NCBI GenBank assembly: GCA_951406725.2
Contig: OX597814.1
Span: forward strand, 165,726,001-165,790,000
DNA from: Octopus vulgaris
Lineage: Eukaryota
Direction of reading: 5' to 3'
DNA length: 64,000 nucleotides
Shown here: piece after piece, positions 41,040 through 54,974 of the stretch
Numbering within the stretch: position 1 is the first letter of the stretch
Layout: each line of letters starts with the position of its first letter
Notes under the pieces: model-generated
Database searches by the model: none
Seen by the model: the letters and a program-made list of their open reading frames with translations, nothing else
Told to the model about the DNA's origin: nothing
Position numbers and translations under genes: made by a program

Positions 41040-44000
41040 TATATGTATTGATGGAAAACTTCTATGAATGGCTGAAGATTGCTCAACAATTTTAAAACTG
41101 ATGTAATACTTACAATGTTTAATAAAATGATGTAGCATGAAATGATCATACCAAATTACCGAAGATATTCTTGTTGCTTACTTTAATTATATATATATGT
41201 ATGTATGTGTGTGTGTGAGTGTGTGTGTGCATGCGTGCATGTCTGTGTGTGTATAATTTCTTCCTTTTCTTGTTCCCCTTTCTCTTTCTAATCTGCAGTT
41301 TTTCCTCCCTCTCTCTGTCACTTTCTCTCTAACCCTTTCTGTTTTTCTCTCTTTTTCTCATGCCTACACACAGTAACAACTAGTTAGTCGTAGAAAGTAC
41401 TATTTATTAACAGAAAGTACTGGTTAGTGACAGACACTACCAGTTTGTGGTAGAAAGTACTAGCTTGTTAGTTGTGAAAAGTACTTGTTAGGTTCAGAAA
41501 GTATCAATGAGTAACAGAAACTACTAGCTAGTAACAGAAAATTCTAGTTACGGATAATACTAGTTAGTTGTAGAAACTAGTAATTAGCAACAGACGATGC
41601 TTATTAGTAGTAGAAACTAAGAGCTGGTTGTAAAAAGCCAAAGATCCTAGCATTGTATGGGAAAATGCCTTGCTTGATGGGTATATTTAGAAACTGAATC
41701 CTTTGTACATAGAGTAAGCAACAGGAGCACAAAAGATACATAGATTTTTGATAACCTGGTTAAGAACTAACACTTTAGATTTGATGAATGTACTGTAAAT
41801 ATTACTGATGTTGTTTAACTCCAGATCAACCACAATGAAGCAGAATATTGGTCAAAGGTATTCTAGCTATGACAGACCCCACTTTTTGTATATTTAAGTT
41901 GACATAGTCTACAGCAAGTTTTCCTTTTTCCAAGATTGTGTATGATTTGAAGGATGTTTGGTTGCTATTTCTAGCTGGTCAGTTATGTACATAATGGCTC
42001 CCACATGATGCAATATGATGGGAAGTTGATAGTAATAGAATGTGGGAGATTTCTTAGATCCCTTATAAGGACATGAATGTAGAGGATTTACTGGATGTGT
42101 ATTATTAACCCCCAATAATTCTCACAGTACATCTGTGCTGAGACACTAACAACAGCCAACAAGTTCAGAAGAGATGATTGTGCCAGTATGATTAAGTGGT
42201 GTAAAGGAAGAATGAGTGATATATAAAAAAAGTGTTCTTTTCAGTTGGATGTGGATGTTCAAGGTAGAGGAAGGACCACTAAGAAGTAGAGAGGTTAGAT
42301 CTCAAAATCTTGAGCTGTACCAATGAGATGTAAAGAAACTGAGATAAGTAGCAATATCTGGTCTGATCAATAAGTATCCAGACTGTTACCACATTAACAA
42401 AGCTAAAGCATGCAGAGTGAAACTGCTGGGCTCAGATTGACCTTGAACTCTGCTGTGCAAGCGCACTAAGTTTTAATGTGCTGGCTCACTTCTGCTGTTC
42501 GCAGCAGTGCTTGGAAAGAAGGTGTGTAGCATGTGACTGTTACAATGACCATGACAGAACTGTATTGAATTTTGCCAAAAGCTTGGGGAAACCTGCTCAG
42601 AGGCCTACATAAAGTTTTCAAAAAGTTTTCATCATTCTCGGCACAACCAAGGAGATCTTGTACAACTGAAACCTGAGTGTCTTTTTGGTCAGCTGAAAGC
42701 AGTTTTGGCACAAACTTGGCAGACACAAACCTCGTACCCAAATCTTCAGTGATAATCAACTGAACTGAACCATAACTTATCTGCACATCCTCTGATAACT
42801 TATGGATGGTAATTCGATAATTTCCCCTCACATCTGCACTGTTTTTTGCAGTTTTGCTGGTTACAAATCTCCCAGAATGTTTGTTAATATCAACATTTTT
42901 TTGGCTATCTTGGAAACGTCTGAACCACTCATACACTTGTGTGCAGCTCATGCACTCCTCTCCATACACTTTCTGCAACTTTGCATAGGCCTTCGAGCAG
43001 GTATTGCCATAACAGCTTTCTCTGTCATGGTCAATGCAACGATCACACGCTACACATCTTCCTTCCAAGCACTGCTGTAAACAGTGGAAGTGAGCTAGAA
43101 TGTTAAAACTTAATGTGCATGCACAGCAGAGTTCAAGGTCAATCTTTGCCAAGCAGCTTTACCCTGTGTGCTTTAGTTTCGTTACTATAGCAACAGTCTG
43201 GATACTTATTGATCAGACCTCATATATAGTATAACAGACATAGCTAGCATATGTCATCATGGAAAAATGGTCATTTTGACAACATGGTGGTAATGCTAGT
43301 GATGATGATGATGACAGTGTTGGTACAACAGAAGATGTTGTGATAATACTTTAAGAAAATAACTTCATTAGAATGGTTTCATTTTTATTTCTTATCTTCC
43401 TTCTTAGTTTGGTTGTCCATGTCTATTAGAAAATGTTGGAGAAGAACTTGATCCACTTTTAGAACCAATTCTTCTGAAGCAGACTTTCAAGCAGGTAAAT
43501 CATTCCAATATAATGGTGTAAAAACTAAAAAGGTGCCACAATGCACAATGCTATTCTAAATTCTTTACTCAAGCATGCTTCTCAAACACACAACCTCACG
43601 CACACACATACGTGGAGACACACACACACATACACACACAAACACACACACGCACACACGAGTGCATGCAACAGGCTTCCAACAATTTCCATCAAAATCC
43701 CTCAGAAGGCAGTGGTAAATCTGGATGTTGTACAATGGAACCAATCAAAGCATGTTCTTGCAAACCTTTTAATCATGTAACAATGTCTGCACTAACACAT
43801 GCATATATACATACACATATGCACACACACACACATGCACACACGCACACACACATATACATGCATGTATGTGTGTGTGTGTGTGTAAACTCTTTGGATT
43901 ACCTTGAAATTCAACACTGCTAGTCCTTTAAGAGTCACAAAATAAATAAATATACAAATATACCCTCTACTTGACGTGTTGGATACCTTACTTTAATGGT

Positions 44001-47000
44001 GGTGCCCTCCACTTCTAACAAAATCCCTGAATACACTGAATACACATTCATACATAAAAATTTAACTCAGTTCCATAGTACCAAAAGTTTCATGGGCACA
44101 TCACTTATTTGCCTCATCAAATCTTTGGAGTTAGAGCAGAGACTTTAAAAGAAATTCAGGATAGCTTCAAAGTGTTTACACCTCTATTAGTCAGATGTGG
44201 CCATGTGACCACATCTGACCAGTAGAGGTGACATCAAAGTGACATCAGTTATTTTCTATGTTTTTCAAGGATACTCCATTTGATATTGGAGGAAGTCGTT
44301 TCTATGATCTCAGATTCTCCAGATAAAGTGGAACGAAGAGGTGGCATTTTCCCCATCACTACATTTGAAGCAATACATGTATTATGTATATCATCCCTTA
44401 AACTTATTGGCTGTCATTCCCATATAATATTTTGGGATGCCATTATATTGTGTGAAAGTGGCTCTATAGTCTATGACAATGCTTCTTAAACTATGGGTTG
44501 CAAAATAAAATGCTGGGGTTATGAAAATTAAATTCAAACCCTTAAATTTCAGCTTATATGTTTTGCAGTTCAGTTGAACAAAACAACTGATATTTCAAAA
44601 ATGGCTCAATTGTTAGTATACATCAGATACATTTATAAAGAAAACGTCAATGAAGAATTATTATTTTGTCATCCTTTGGAAAAACATACAAGTGAGAAGG
44701 ACATATATAGTAAAGTTGACGAATTTTTTTTAAACTGTAGGTTCAGAATGGAAAAACTGTATTGGAGTATGCACAGATGGTGCAAAAGTGATGACTGGTG
44801 AAAATATTGGTTTTAAATCTTTTGTTAAAGCTGCTGGTAATAAGCATGTAACTTTTATACACTGCATGATCCATCGAGAGGCCCTTGCAACAAAAAAATT
44901 AGCACCGGAATTAAACAATGTGCTTCAGGATATTATCAAAATTATAAACTTTATTATGGGCAGTATGTCTTACAAAAAACTAATGTTGCTGAATATGCCA
45001 CACTACAGCCTACCATCAATGTGTTTCCAGAATCCTACCAACATCTTGTTTGCAACATGTGGACCTAAAGATAAACAAAATAACTGTTGTTTGCTCTGAT
45101 AGTATTACAACCACATAACCACAGTTGACTAATAGAAGACTAAACAACTAGAAGCCATTTTAAATTTTTTTCAAAGTTTCTACTCTGCCTCTGAATATCT
45201 GACAAGGTGGGCACATAGGATGAAACTTTATTGTGGAGCTGAGTCAAATTCATCTTATGCATGCAACCCCAGCTACATGTGCTGAATGCTACCCTCTGTT
45301 GTTTATTCACTCACTGATGTGTGTATATGTGTATGTATGTGTGTGGTGTTTAAATCAATAAATATATACATATAATCAATACTGTAAATCCTCAAGTATA
45401 GTCCGCCCTTGAGTATAATACACAGGGGATTTTTAGGGAACTGTACCTCTGAAAAACTTAAACCTTGTGTATAATACACACCCCTTCTCTAACTTGAGTC
45501 TTGAGTAATTAAGCTAGCAGCACCTAGTAGAACAAACACTTCTATGCACGCATAATACAATAATGGTGATGTTCTTAACTGTTATATGGGAATGTAAATA
45601 TGTTTGCAAATTGTTTTTGTTACATGTTATTGTGTGTTCTGAATACTTTTATTTTAATAAATGTTGCTTACTGCAAGTTATGGATGATTCTTTTATGACT
45701 TCATTGCTTTCAGGCTTAGCTTAAGGTATTTTCGCGCCCGACATCACAAAATGCGCCTGAATAAACATTGCCAGACAGCGAATAGAGACTCAGACATTGC
45801 TTAGAAAATATTTTTCATTTTAACCTCGTATATAGTACGTGACCTTTAAATTTTGGGGAAAAAATGCGGATTATACTCGAGGATTTACGGTATACGTAAA
45901 TACATGGGTGTGTATAAATATATATTATGTGCATATTTTTCTATGTATTTGACAGAGAGGAGTTGACTATATAAGGTTTAGAGACCGTGTTGTGGAATAC
46001 AGTAAAGATTTCAGGCTTTACCTAACAACTTGCTTGCGAAATCCACACTACTTACCAGAGGTTTCTCTCAAGGTAATCACTTTTACAATTTGTGTTATTA
46101 GTATGTTGTTGTTTAACCTCAGCTCTTGATCAAATGCATTTATGATCAAAGGCATTCCTATCATAACTGTTCAGTCATATTAAAATTATTTAATTTGTCC
46201 TCACATGTTTTGAGAGAGAGAGAGAGAGAGGTGAGAGGGAGAAATCTAGCTATTTCTAGCAGATCGAATAGCCACATCAATGCTTCTTTTGTTGCATCTA
46301 GTCTGTTTTCTTGTAATAGTGTATTAGATACATTTGTCTATTGAGTCTTAGCAAGTTAGAGCCTTAGAGATTTTAACATAGTTTTACCATGAGAATTCCT
46401 GATTCCACAGATAAATTATTGACAACTGTATCAAACAATATAATTCATGAAAGGGCATTCAATATTTATATCAAATTTATAAGTTTACTCAAGCTGTAGT
46501 TTAACAATATTTATTTCTTTATTGCCCACAGGGGAATAAACATAGAGGGGACAAACAAGGACAAACAAAGGGATTAAGTTGATTACATTAACCCCAGTGT
46601 GTAACTGGTACTTATTTAATCAACCCTGAAAGGATGAAAGGCAAAGTCAACCTCAGTGGAATTTGAACTTAGAATGTAACAGCAGACGAAATACTGCTAA
46701 GCATTTCACCCAGCATGCTAATAATTCTGCCAACAATATTGGTACAATGTACAGTGTCAATCATAGAATTGATAATATGGACTGTTTACTCATAGTAGCA
46801 GTTGCAGTAGTTATACAGTATTTCCCTCACTACTAAACATCTGTTGCTGGTTAACTTTCTAAATTGCCTATTCTGTTATCTTTTGTTTGCTTCAGTCATT
46901 TGATTGGGGACATGCTGGAGCATCGCCTTAAGGAGTTTTTAGTTGAACAAATCAACCTCAGCATTTATTTATTTATTTATTTATTTTGGCATAGTACTTA

Positions 47001-47137
47001 TTCTTTCAGTCTCTTGTGAAACTGCTGAGTTACAGGGACATAAACACACGAATACCAGTTGTCAAACGGTTGGGGAGGGGGGACAAACTTAGATACAAAG
47101 ACATACACACATGCACACATACATACACACATACACA

Positions 47138-47182
<45 letters not shown>

Positions 47183-50100
47183 ATTGACACACAAACACAT
47201 CCCACAATGGGTTTCTTTCATTTTCCATCTACCAAATCCTCTCACAAGGCTTTGGTTGACCTAAGGCTATAATAGAAGACACTTGCCCAAGGTGCCACAT
47301 AATGGGATTGAACCTGAAACCAGGTGGTTGGGAAGCAAGCTACTTACTATGCAGCCACGCTTGTGCCTATACTGTATAAAGACTAAAAAATACAGTAGAT
47401 ATATATCCTTCTGGAGTGAAATGGGTGAAAAGATTTTATGAAAAACCATTTCAGTAAATGCAGTATGTGTCAACTTTTCACAGGTAACCCTGATCAATTT
47501 TGTCATTACTCCAAATGGACTTGAAGACCAGTTACTTGGTATTGTGGCTGCTCGTGAAAAACCTGACCTGGAGGAGAAAAAGAACCAATTAATTATTGAA
47601 AGCGCTCAAAATAAAAGACAACTGAAAGAGATTGAAGACAAGATCTTGGATGTCCTCTCTAATTCACAGGTATAACATCAGTTAATATTCATTGCAATCC
47701 ATCTAATATCCAAACAGATGGATGAATGTAGACAGGTAGGAAGGTATTTATGTATCTAATGTCTGTTTTTCCATGGGTTGGACAAGAATTTATTTTTGAG
47801 GTAGGATCTTACTACCAGATGCTCTTCATATCACCAACACTTACTTGTTTTTCATGAAAGGGGCCTCTGTATTAAAAAAGTCTTCAAAAGCAGAAAGTTA
47901 TCTACCATAATGTCAAAAAGGAATGTCAACATCTGCACTGTTTTGCTTAAACATTGAGTTAAATATCAACATTCCCACATGTTCATATACACATGCATAC
48001 ATGCATAATTCCTTCATCTTCTCAGATGGTAGCCATCTCACATGCAGCCTGAATTACTTTCGTCCTTTCATGTATGTGGATATGTCATTTCACTCCATGC
48101 ATTCATTGCCATAGAACTTAATAAAATTCAAAATAGATCAAGAAGTGAAATGGTAGTGAAACATCAGTACATCATTGGGTTTAAGTGACAAAAGCTTCTA
48201 CAACACTTTTGCCACTCACAGTCACTATCAGGGCTGGATTAAGACCTATCATGGCCCTAAGCACTTATAAGATTTTGGTGCCCCCATAAAAGATTATGTA
48301 ATTCAAAATATAAACAATAACAAACCATAAAATAAATTTTTATTTTTGAAAATGAAACAAAATAGTAAAAGGGAAAATAATGTTTATTTTTGTACACTTC
48401 CACTTTATTTATATTTGAAAAGTTTCCTTCTACTTTTTTGAATTACAAAGTCTTTGATAAGATCCTCAAAATTAATCTTAGGTAACACATCTGCATCTAT
48501 ACTTAGTAGAGATAAAGGCATCCCAAATATTTCGTTTTTGGATTTGGCTTGCAAGATTCTTTATGTGAGCTTGTGTGTTGAAGCATATTCTGTTGTGTCT
48601 GGGGAGAGTCATTTTCTTTTTGTGCCTTATAATTTAACACACTCACCAGTAAAATTTCCACTTATTTTCCTAAAATTTTCATTGTGTCTTGCAACCTTTT
48701 CAATAGTCTTGACTATTGAAAGGTTGCAAGACGCAACAAAGAGTCAAGATTATTGAAAAGATTGCAAGACACAATGAAAATTTTAGGAAAATAAAAATAG
48801 GAAATAAGTGGAAATTTTACTGGTGAGTGTGTTAAATTATAAGGCACAAAAAGAATATGACTCTCTCCAGACACAACAGAATCCCAAATATTATTTTAGC
48901 AAATTTAAAGTGATCTCTTTTGTGCCATAAACCACTTACCATTTCTGTGGTGTGCCCTCCTTCCTTTGATGCTCTAAGTACGTGCTTATTTTGCTTAATG
49001 GTTAATCCAGTACTGGTCACCATAATAGATTCCAATGACAAGCATTGCCAGATGGCTGGTACTAGTTTGACTATGAGTTTTATGCCAGAGTATCTTTGAG
49101 AAGAGCTGCCTTCCTCATGCCTTTGTCAAAAACAAAATGGTATTTAATTGTTTGAGTATCACTTCTATAGGGAAGTGTTCTGCATACTAAATACAAATAC
49201 AATAGGGGCTTATATATGTAACATAGTAAGTTGAAAAGCTTTGACCAACTGAGATTTTCCAAGTAGCAATCAAAGTTAATCAACTTACAATATTATATAT
49301 AAAAGCGATCCCTGTTGCCTCTATGTTTTGCAATTAGTGCACAAATGGATTTAATGTATATACAATAAGATAATAGTTTCAAATAACTACACTTATTTTC
49401 AATTCAATGTATATATACATACACTGACTACTAAAAATTTACATACACTGACTACTAAAAATTACAGGGAACATTGTAATAAAATTCTACAGTGTTTATA
49501 TTTAGTATGCAGACCTCTCTCTTAAAGTACCATAAATCCTCGAGTATAGTCCGCCCTTGAGTATAATACGCAGGGGAATTTTAGGGGGCTGTACCTCTGA
49601 AAAACCTAAACCTTGTGTATAATACACACCCCTTCTCTAACTTGAGTCAAGGAGGTCTATATAACGCCCTTGGTTTGTAAAACTGTATACAGTAATGTCC
49701 TTTATTATTATTGTATATATAACATAATGCAAATGTGTAGCTTTTTTGTGCATTTTGTTTGCAGAAAATAAAGAAATAACAGTAATAACGTTTAATAAAT
49801 GTTGCTTATTGCAAGTTATGGATGATTCTTTTATGACTTCATTGCTTTCAGGCTTAGCGTAAGGTATTTTTGTGTCTGAAATCACAAAATGTGTCTGAAT
49901 AAACATTGCCGGACAGCAAATAGAGACTCAGACATTGCTTAGAAAATAGTTTTCATTTTTAACCTCATATATAGTACGCACTAGGATTTTGACCTTTAAA
50001 TTTTGGGGAAAAAATGCTGATTATACTCGAGGATTTATGGTCCTTGACCTCAACCATACAGTTAATGTTCACTACTGCTCAGGTGCTTCTGTAAATATTG

Positions 50101-53100
50101 ATTACTCTTTTAATTTTACCAGATAGGTAGAATATAATTTGCTGAAGTTTCCAATAATACAGAAACATGTTCTTTTTCTTTAAAGACCAATGTCCATAAA
50201 TTTCAGCTAATTGAGCTTACTGGAGTTATTTTCCTTGTTTCTTTTTTTAGATTTTAAATACCTCATTTGATCAGTTTTTTTTTCTTTTTCTTTTAAGTCA
50301 CTATATTACATATGTGAGTTATCATATTTGATAAATCTTTTAAATTAGATATGCTTAAAAAACAACAAAAGCAATTTGCTGAAACCTATTGCAATTAGGA
50401 AACAATCAATAAAGTCAAACTCTTTCTTTCCCCTCCACTCTCTCTCTCTTCTCACAAGGGAAATATTCTTGAGGATGAAACAGCCATTCAGGTCCTTTCA
50501 TCAAGTAAAACCCTTTCTGAAGACATAGAAGAGAAACAATTGACGGCATCACTTACAGAACTTGATATAGATGAAGTCAGGAATGGATATAAACCGGTAT
50601 AAATATTTCTTTATCCTAGCTTTTATTTATCTTATGTTTTTTTTTATCATTTCTTTATTTCCAAGTTCTCTCAGTTTAGTAGCTGAATGGTTAAAGTGCT
50701 TGATCATTAAACTAAATCAGTTGAAAGTTCAAATATTAATGGTGCAGGTAATTTATTCCTAACAGACAGATAGACAGACAGAAAAGCGCAGAACTGGGTG
50801 TATGGTAAGTAGCTTGCTTACCAACCACATGGTTCCAGGTTCGGTCACACTGCGTGGCACCTTGGATAAGTGTCTTCTACTATAGCCTCGGGCCGACCAA
50901 AGCCTTCTGAGTGGATTTGGTAGATGGAAACTGAAAGAAGCTTGTCGTATATATGTGTGTGTGTGTGTGTGTGTCTCTGTGTGTGTGTGTGTGTTTGTGC
51001 ATCTGTGTTTGTCCCCCCAACATCGCTTGACAACTAATGCTAGTGTGTTTACGTCCCTGTAACTTAGCAGTTTGGCAAAAGAGACCGATAGAGTAAGTAC
51101 TAGGCTTACAAAGAATAAGTCCTGCAGTCGATTTGCTTGACTAAAGGTGGTACTCCAGCATAGTCACAGTCAGATGACTGAAACAAGTAAAAGAGTATAT
51201 ATACATTTATGTGTGTGTATATGCACATACATATAACCAGTTAGTTTTTCATAAGTCTGCAAAAAGATTTTTTTGAGTAGTAATATTTTATGTAGCGATT
51301 GGTTATGGCTAGTCAGAAACTTACCACTCAGAGCTGCTGTCCAAAGGCACATATCCTTGGGCAGGCAAATCTGATGAGTGATCTATATTGCTAAGAGCAA
51401 TAATAGATGTGAAACCAAAGGTAACTTTCTGATTGGCCATAACCAACAACTTCAAAGCATCTATATATATATGTGTTTGTATACACATACAAACACTCAC
51501 ACACACAAGTCCGCTGAGATGATTCGAAAGCACAACACCTAATAACCTAACAGTATATCTTTTCTACTGCTCTGAAGAGATTTTGTCTAATATAATGATT
51601 TAATTATTGTAATTTAATCTTTTAAACAGCTGTAAGAGAATATGCTGAATTTTTGCAATTAATAAATTATATTAATGCTATATCTCCATTTTCTAATTTT
51701 CTTTTGAATATTCATATACATATTGATAATAATAAATAATATATATATATGCATATATGGGTACAGGACGTCACCAACTGTGTAAACAACATGAAATACG
51801 CAGACAAATGAGTTAAATATGTAAACAACAAGAGCAAAAATGGAAAACAGGACAAGTAAACACAGAGAAATTACCCTTCATCAGTTGTTGGCTGTCTATC
51901 TACTCTTCATTTCAATTTATTATCTGCAAAAATTCAACATATTCTCTTACAGCTGTTTCAGTTTAGCCTAAAAGATTAAATTACAATATGAATCTTCAAA
52001 GACAGTTGCTCCCATAAATTCTAAAATAAAATTTAGGATTTATGGAAGGTCAAAGTTGGGAACTAAAACAGGACAGTGGAGACATGCAAGGAAACCAAAC
52101 AAAAACAAACGTGGAGGGTCATTAGACCAGAATGAGAGGAAAATAGTGAATGCTGGGAGAAATATATTCTTTGAAAAGATAGAAGAGAGAGAACAAAGGA
52201 TCAAAACAGTTTGATCCCTACATATAACTCCCAATAAATTGCTTGAGCACCCTTCTTTCATGTGTCCACTCACTCGTGTGTGTGTGTGTGTGTGTGTTTT
52301 ATTCAATCTCATTCAGACAATTTTATGATAGCTATTAACTTATAAGAAAATTTTAATGCAAAGATCATGACCCTATCAAGTGTTTTGCACAAAAACTTTT
52401 AAAATATATATTTCACTCTCTATGTTCTCACAGGTGGCTAGACATGGAAGCATTTTGTTCTTCACCATATCAGACCTAGCCAATATAGACCCCATGTACC
52501 AATATTCTCTCACCTGGTTTATTCACTTATATCATCAGGTTAGTGTCTGACCTTTCCCAAACTTACATTGTCTGTTTTTTTGTGTGTGGCACTAAGAGTT
52601 GGTTTGCCAGTACCTTTTATCACAATTACATATTAAATTTCCATAAGATAAATGTTGTGTTGCCGGTATTGTGTGGTTGATATTAACCACAACTAGGGTT
52701 GATAAAATCTTTATGGTTGAGCAGAAACCCAAGAAAAATCACAATGAAATGTCTATTGAACTAACCAAACTGTTGAACTTTTCCAATGTTTCCATGCAGG
52801 CAATCACCAACAGTGAACCCTCGCAGATCCTGAGTGAAAGAATAAACTATCTCAATGATTATTTCACCCGCAGTGTCCATAACAATGTGTGTAGGTCTCT
52901 GTTTGAAAAGGATAAATTGCTCTTCACATTTTTACTTTGTATTGGATTAGCAAAAGCACAGTAAGTATATTTTCAGTATTTGAACTTTTCCCCTTTTAAA
53001 CTAAATTTTGCCATTGTTAATTTTTTCAATTCTTGCTTTTTAGATATTTGGTTCTTTAACCCTTTGGTGTTTAGGCCGGCCATATCCGGCCCAAATACTC

Positions 53101-54904
53101 TACATGTTTTACACTCAAACTGGCCATATCTAGCCCCTTACACCTAACCTACATTGACATTCTAAGAATAAACTATCACACCATTGAAACTTCAAAGCTG
53201 TAAGATAATGTATGATTAATTCAAAACAATTTGAGTGAAAAAAGTATTACATTTAACAGAGTAATCTGAACACTAAAGGGTTAAGGATGTAATTCATGTC
53301 TTTTTTTTTAAGACTTATGTTGCATTCTCAAAAAAAAAAAACTATCATTGAACTCACTTGTTACCACATTTCTGACATGTAGATATATTCTATTAATTCA
53401 TTTGGTGCATGCAGAGCAACCAGAGTCCAAACAATGTATCTATTCATTCTTTAAACATTCTGGCAGGTTTGAATGTGAATATCTGATCGCTGTTGTTGGT
53501 TTGTTATCAGAGAATGCCTCCTCCATTTGCATGTTCAAAACACACAATTTACCAGGTCACCAGAAATATGTGCATATGTATGTACACATATATATATGAG
53601 TGCGATTGTATGTCTTTTTTTTTACGTATGTATGTATATAATTCATAGATGAGAATACACTTAGTAGTGCTCAAAAGAATTAAACTTGTGTAGGTATAGA
53701 AATAAATGTAGGGATAAGCAAGTTAGACAGATCAGTATATAAAGTTTTACTATATTAATACATGAAATACAAAAAAATGTATATATGTTTACATGCACAT
53801 GGCACATAAAAAGCACCACTCGAGCGTGATCATTACCAGCGTCGCCTTACTGGTACTTGTGCCAGTGGTATGTGGAAAAACATTCGAGCGAGGTCGTTGC
53901 CAGTGCCGCTGGACTGGCTCCAGTGCAAGCAGCTCATAAAAAACACCATTTGAGCATGGCTGTTGCCAGTACCGCCTGACTGGCCCTCGTGCCGGTAGCA
54001 CATAAAAGCACCCACTATACTCTCAGAGTGGTTGCTGTTAGGAAGAGCATCCAGCTGTAGAAGCTCTGTCAGATCAGACTGGAGCCTGGTGCAGCCATCT
54101 GGTTTGCCAGTCCTCAGTCAAATCGTCCAACCCATGCCAGCATGGAGAGCGGGCATTAAACGATGATGATGATGATCATGATCATGCAAAAATACAGAAT
54201 ACAAATTATATAGATGATTAAAGGGGTTGCAGAAAAGTATTAGAAATCCAACAGCTGTTTCTGGGGGGCTCAGCAGTCCAAAATAATGTCTGAAGATTGA
54301 TTCCATTATCAGATGAGACGAGCCTCCGTCTTCAGGGAAGAGATATTACATTTGAAGTGGTAAAAGAAAGAAGTTCCATCTTTGAAGTGTATGTATGTAT
54401 GCGTACATTTTTTGACTGACTGCCACCCCTACCGTTTCCAGGAAAAGAAAAGCAAAATTAAAACCAGCAAGATTTGAACTTAGAACAAAAAAATAATGAC
54501 ATATTAAAACATTGTTTGAAAAGTTATATATATGTATAAGCAATAAAGTATGTGTATGTGTGTGTGTGTGTGCATCTACTGTTAAGTTTTTAGTCAGCTC
54601 TTCTACTGTTTTTGCCACTTCCATTCTGGCATTTGTTGAATGGATTCATTGTAGTACTGTTATTTCATCACTTGTCATAGCCTTTCATCATACTCTTTTA
54701 CTTGTTTCAGTCATTTGACTGTGGCCATGCTGGAGTACTGCCTTTAGTCGAGCAAATCGACCCCAGGATTTATCTTTCTAAGTCTAGTACTTATTCTATT
54801 GGCCTCTTTTGCTGAACTGCTAAGTTACGGGGACGTAAACACACCCAGCATCGGTTGTCAAGAAATGTTGGTGGGGACAAACACAGACACACAAACATAT
54901 ACAC

Positions 54905-54974
<70 letters not shown>

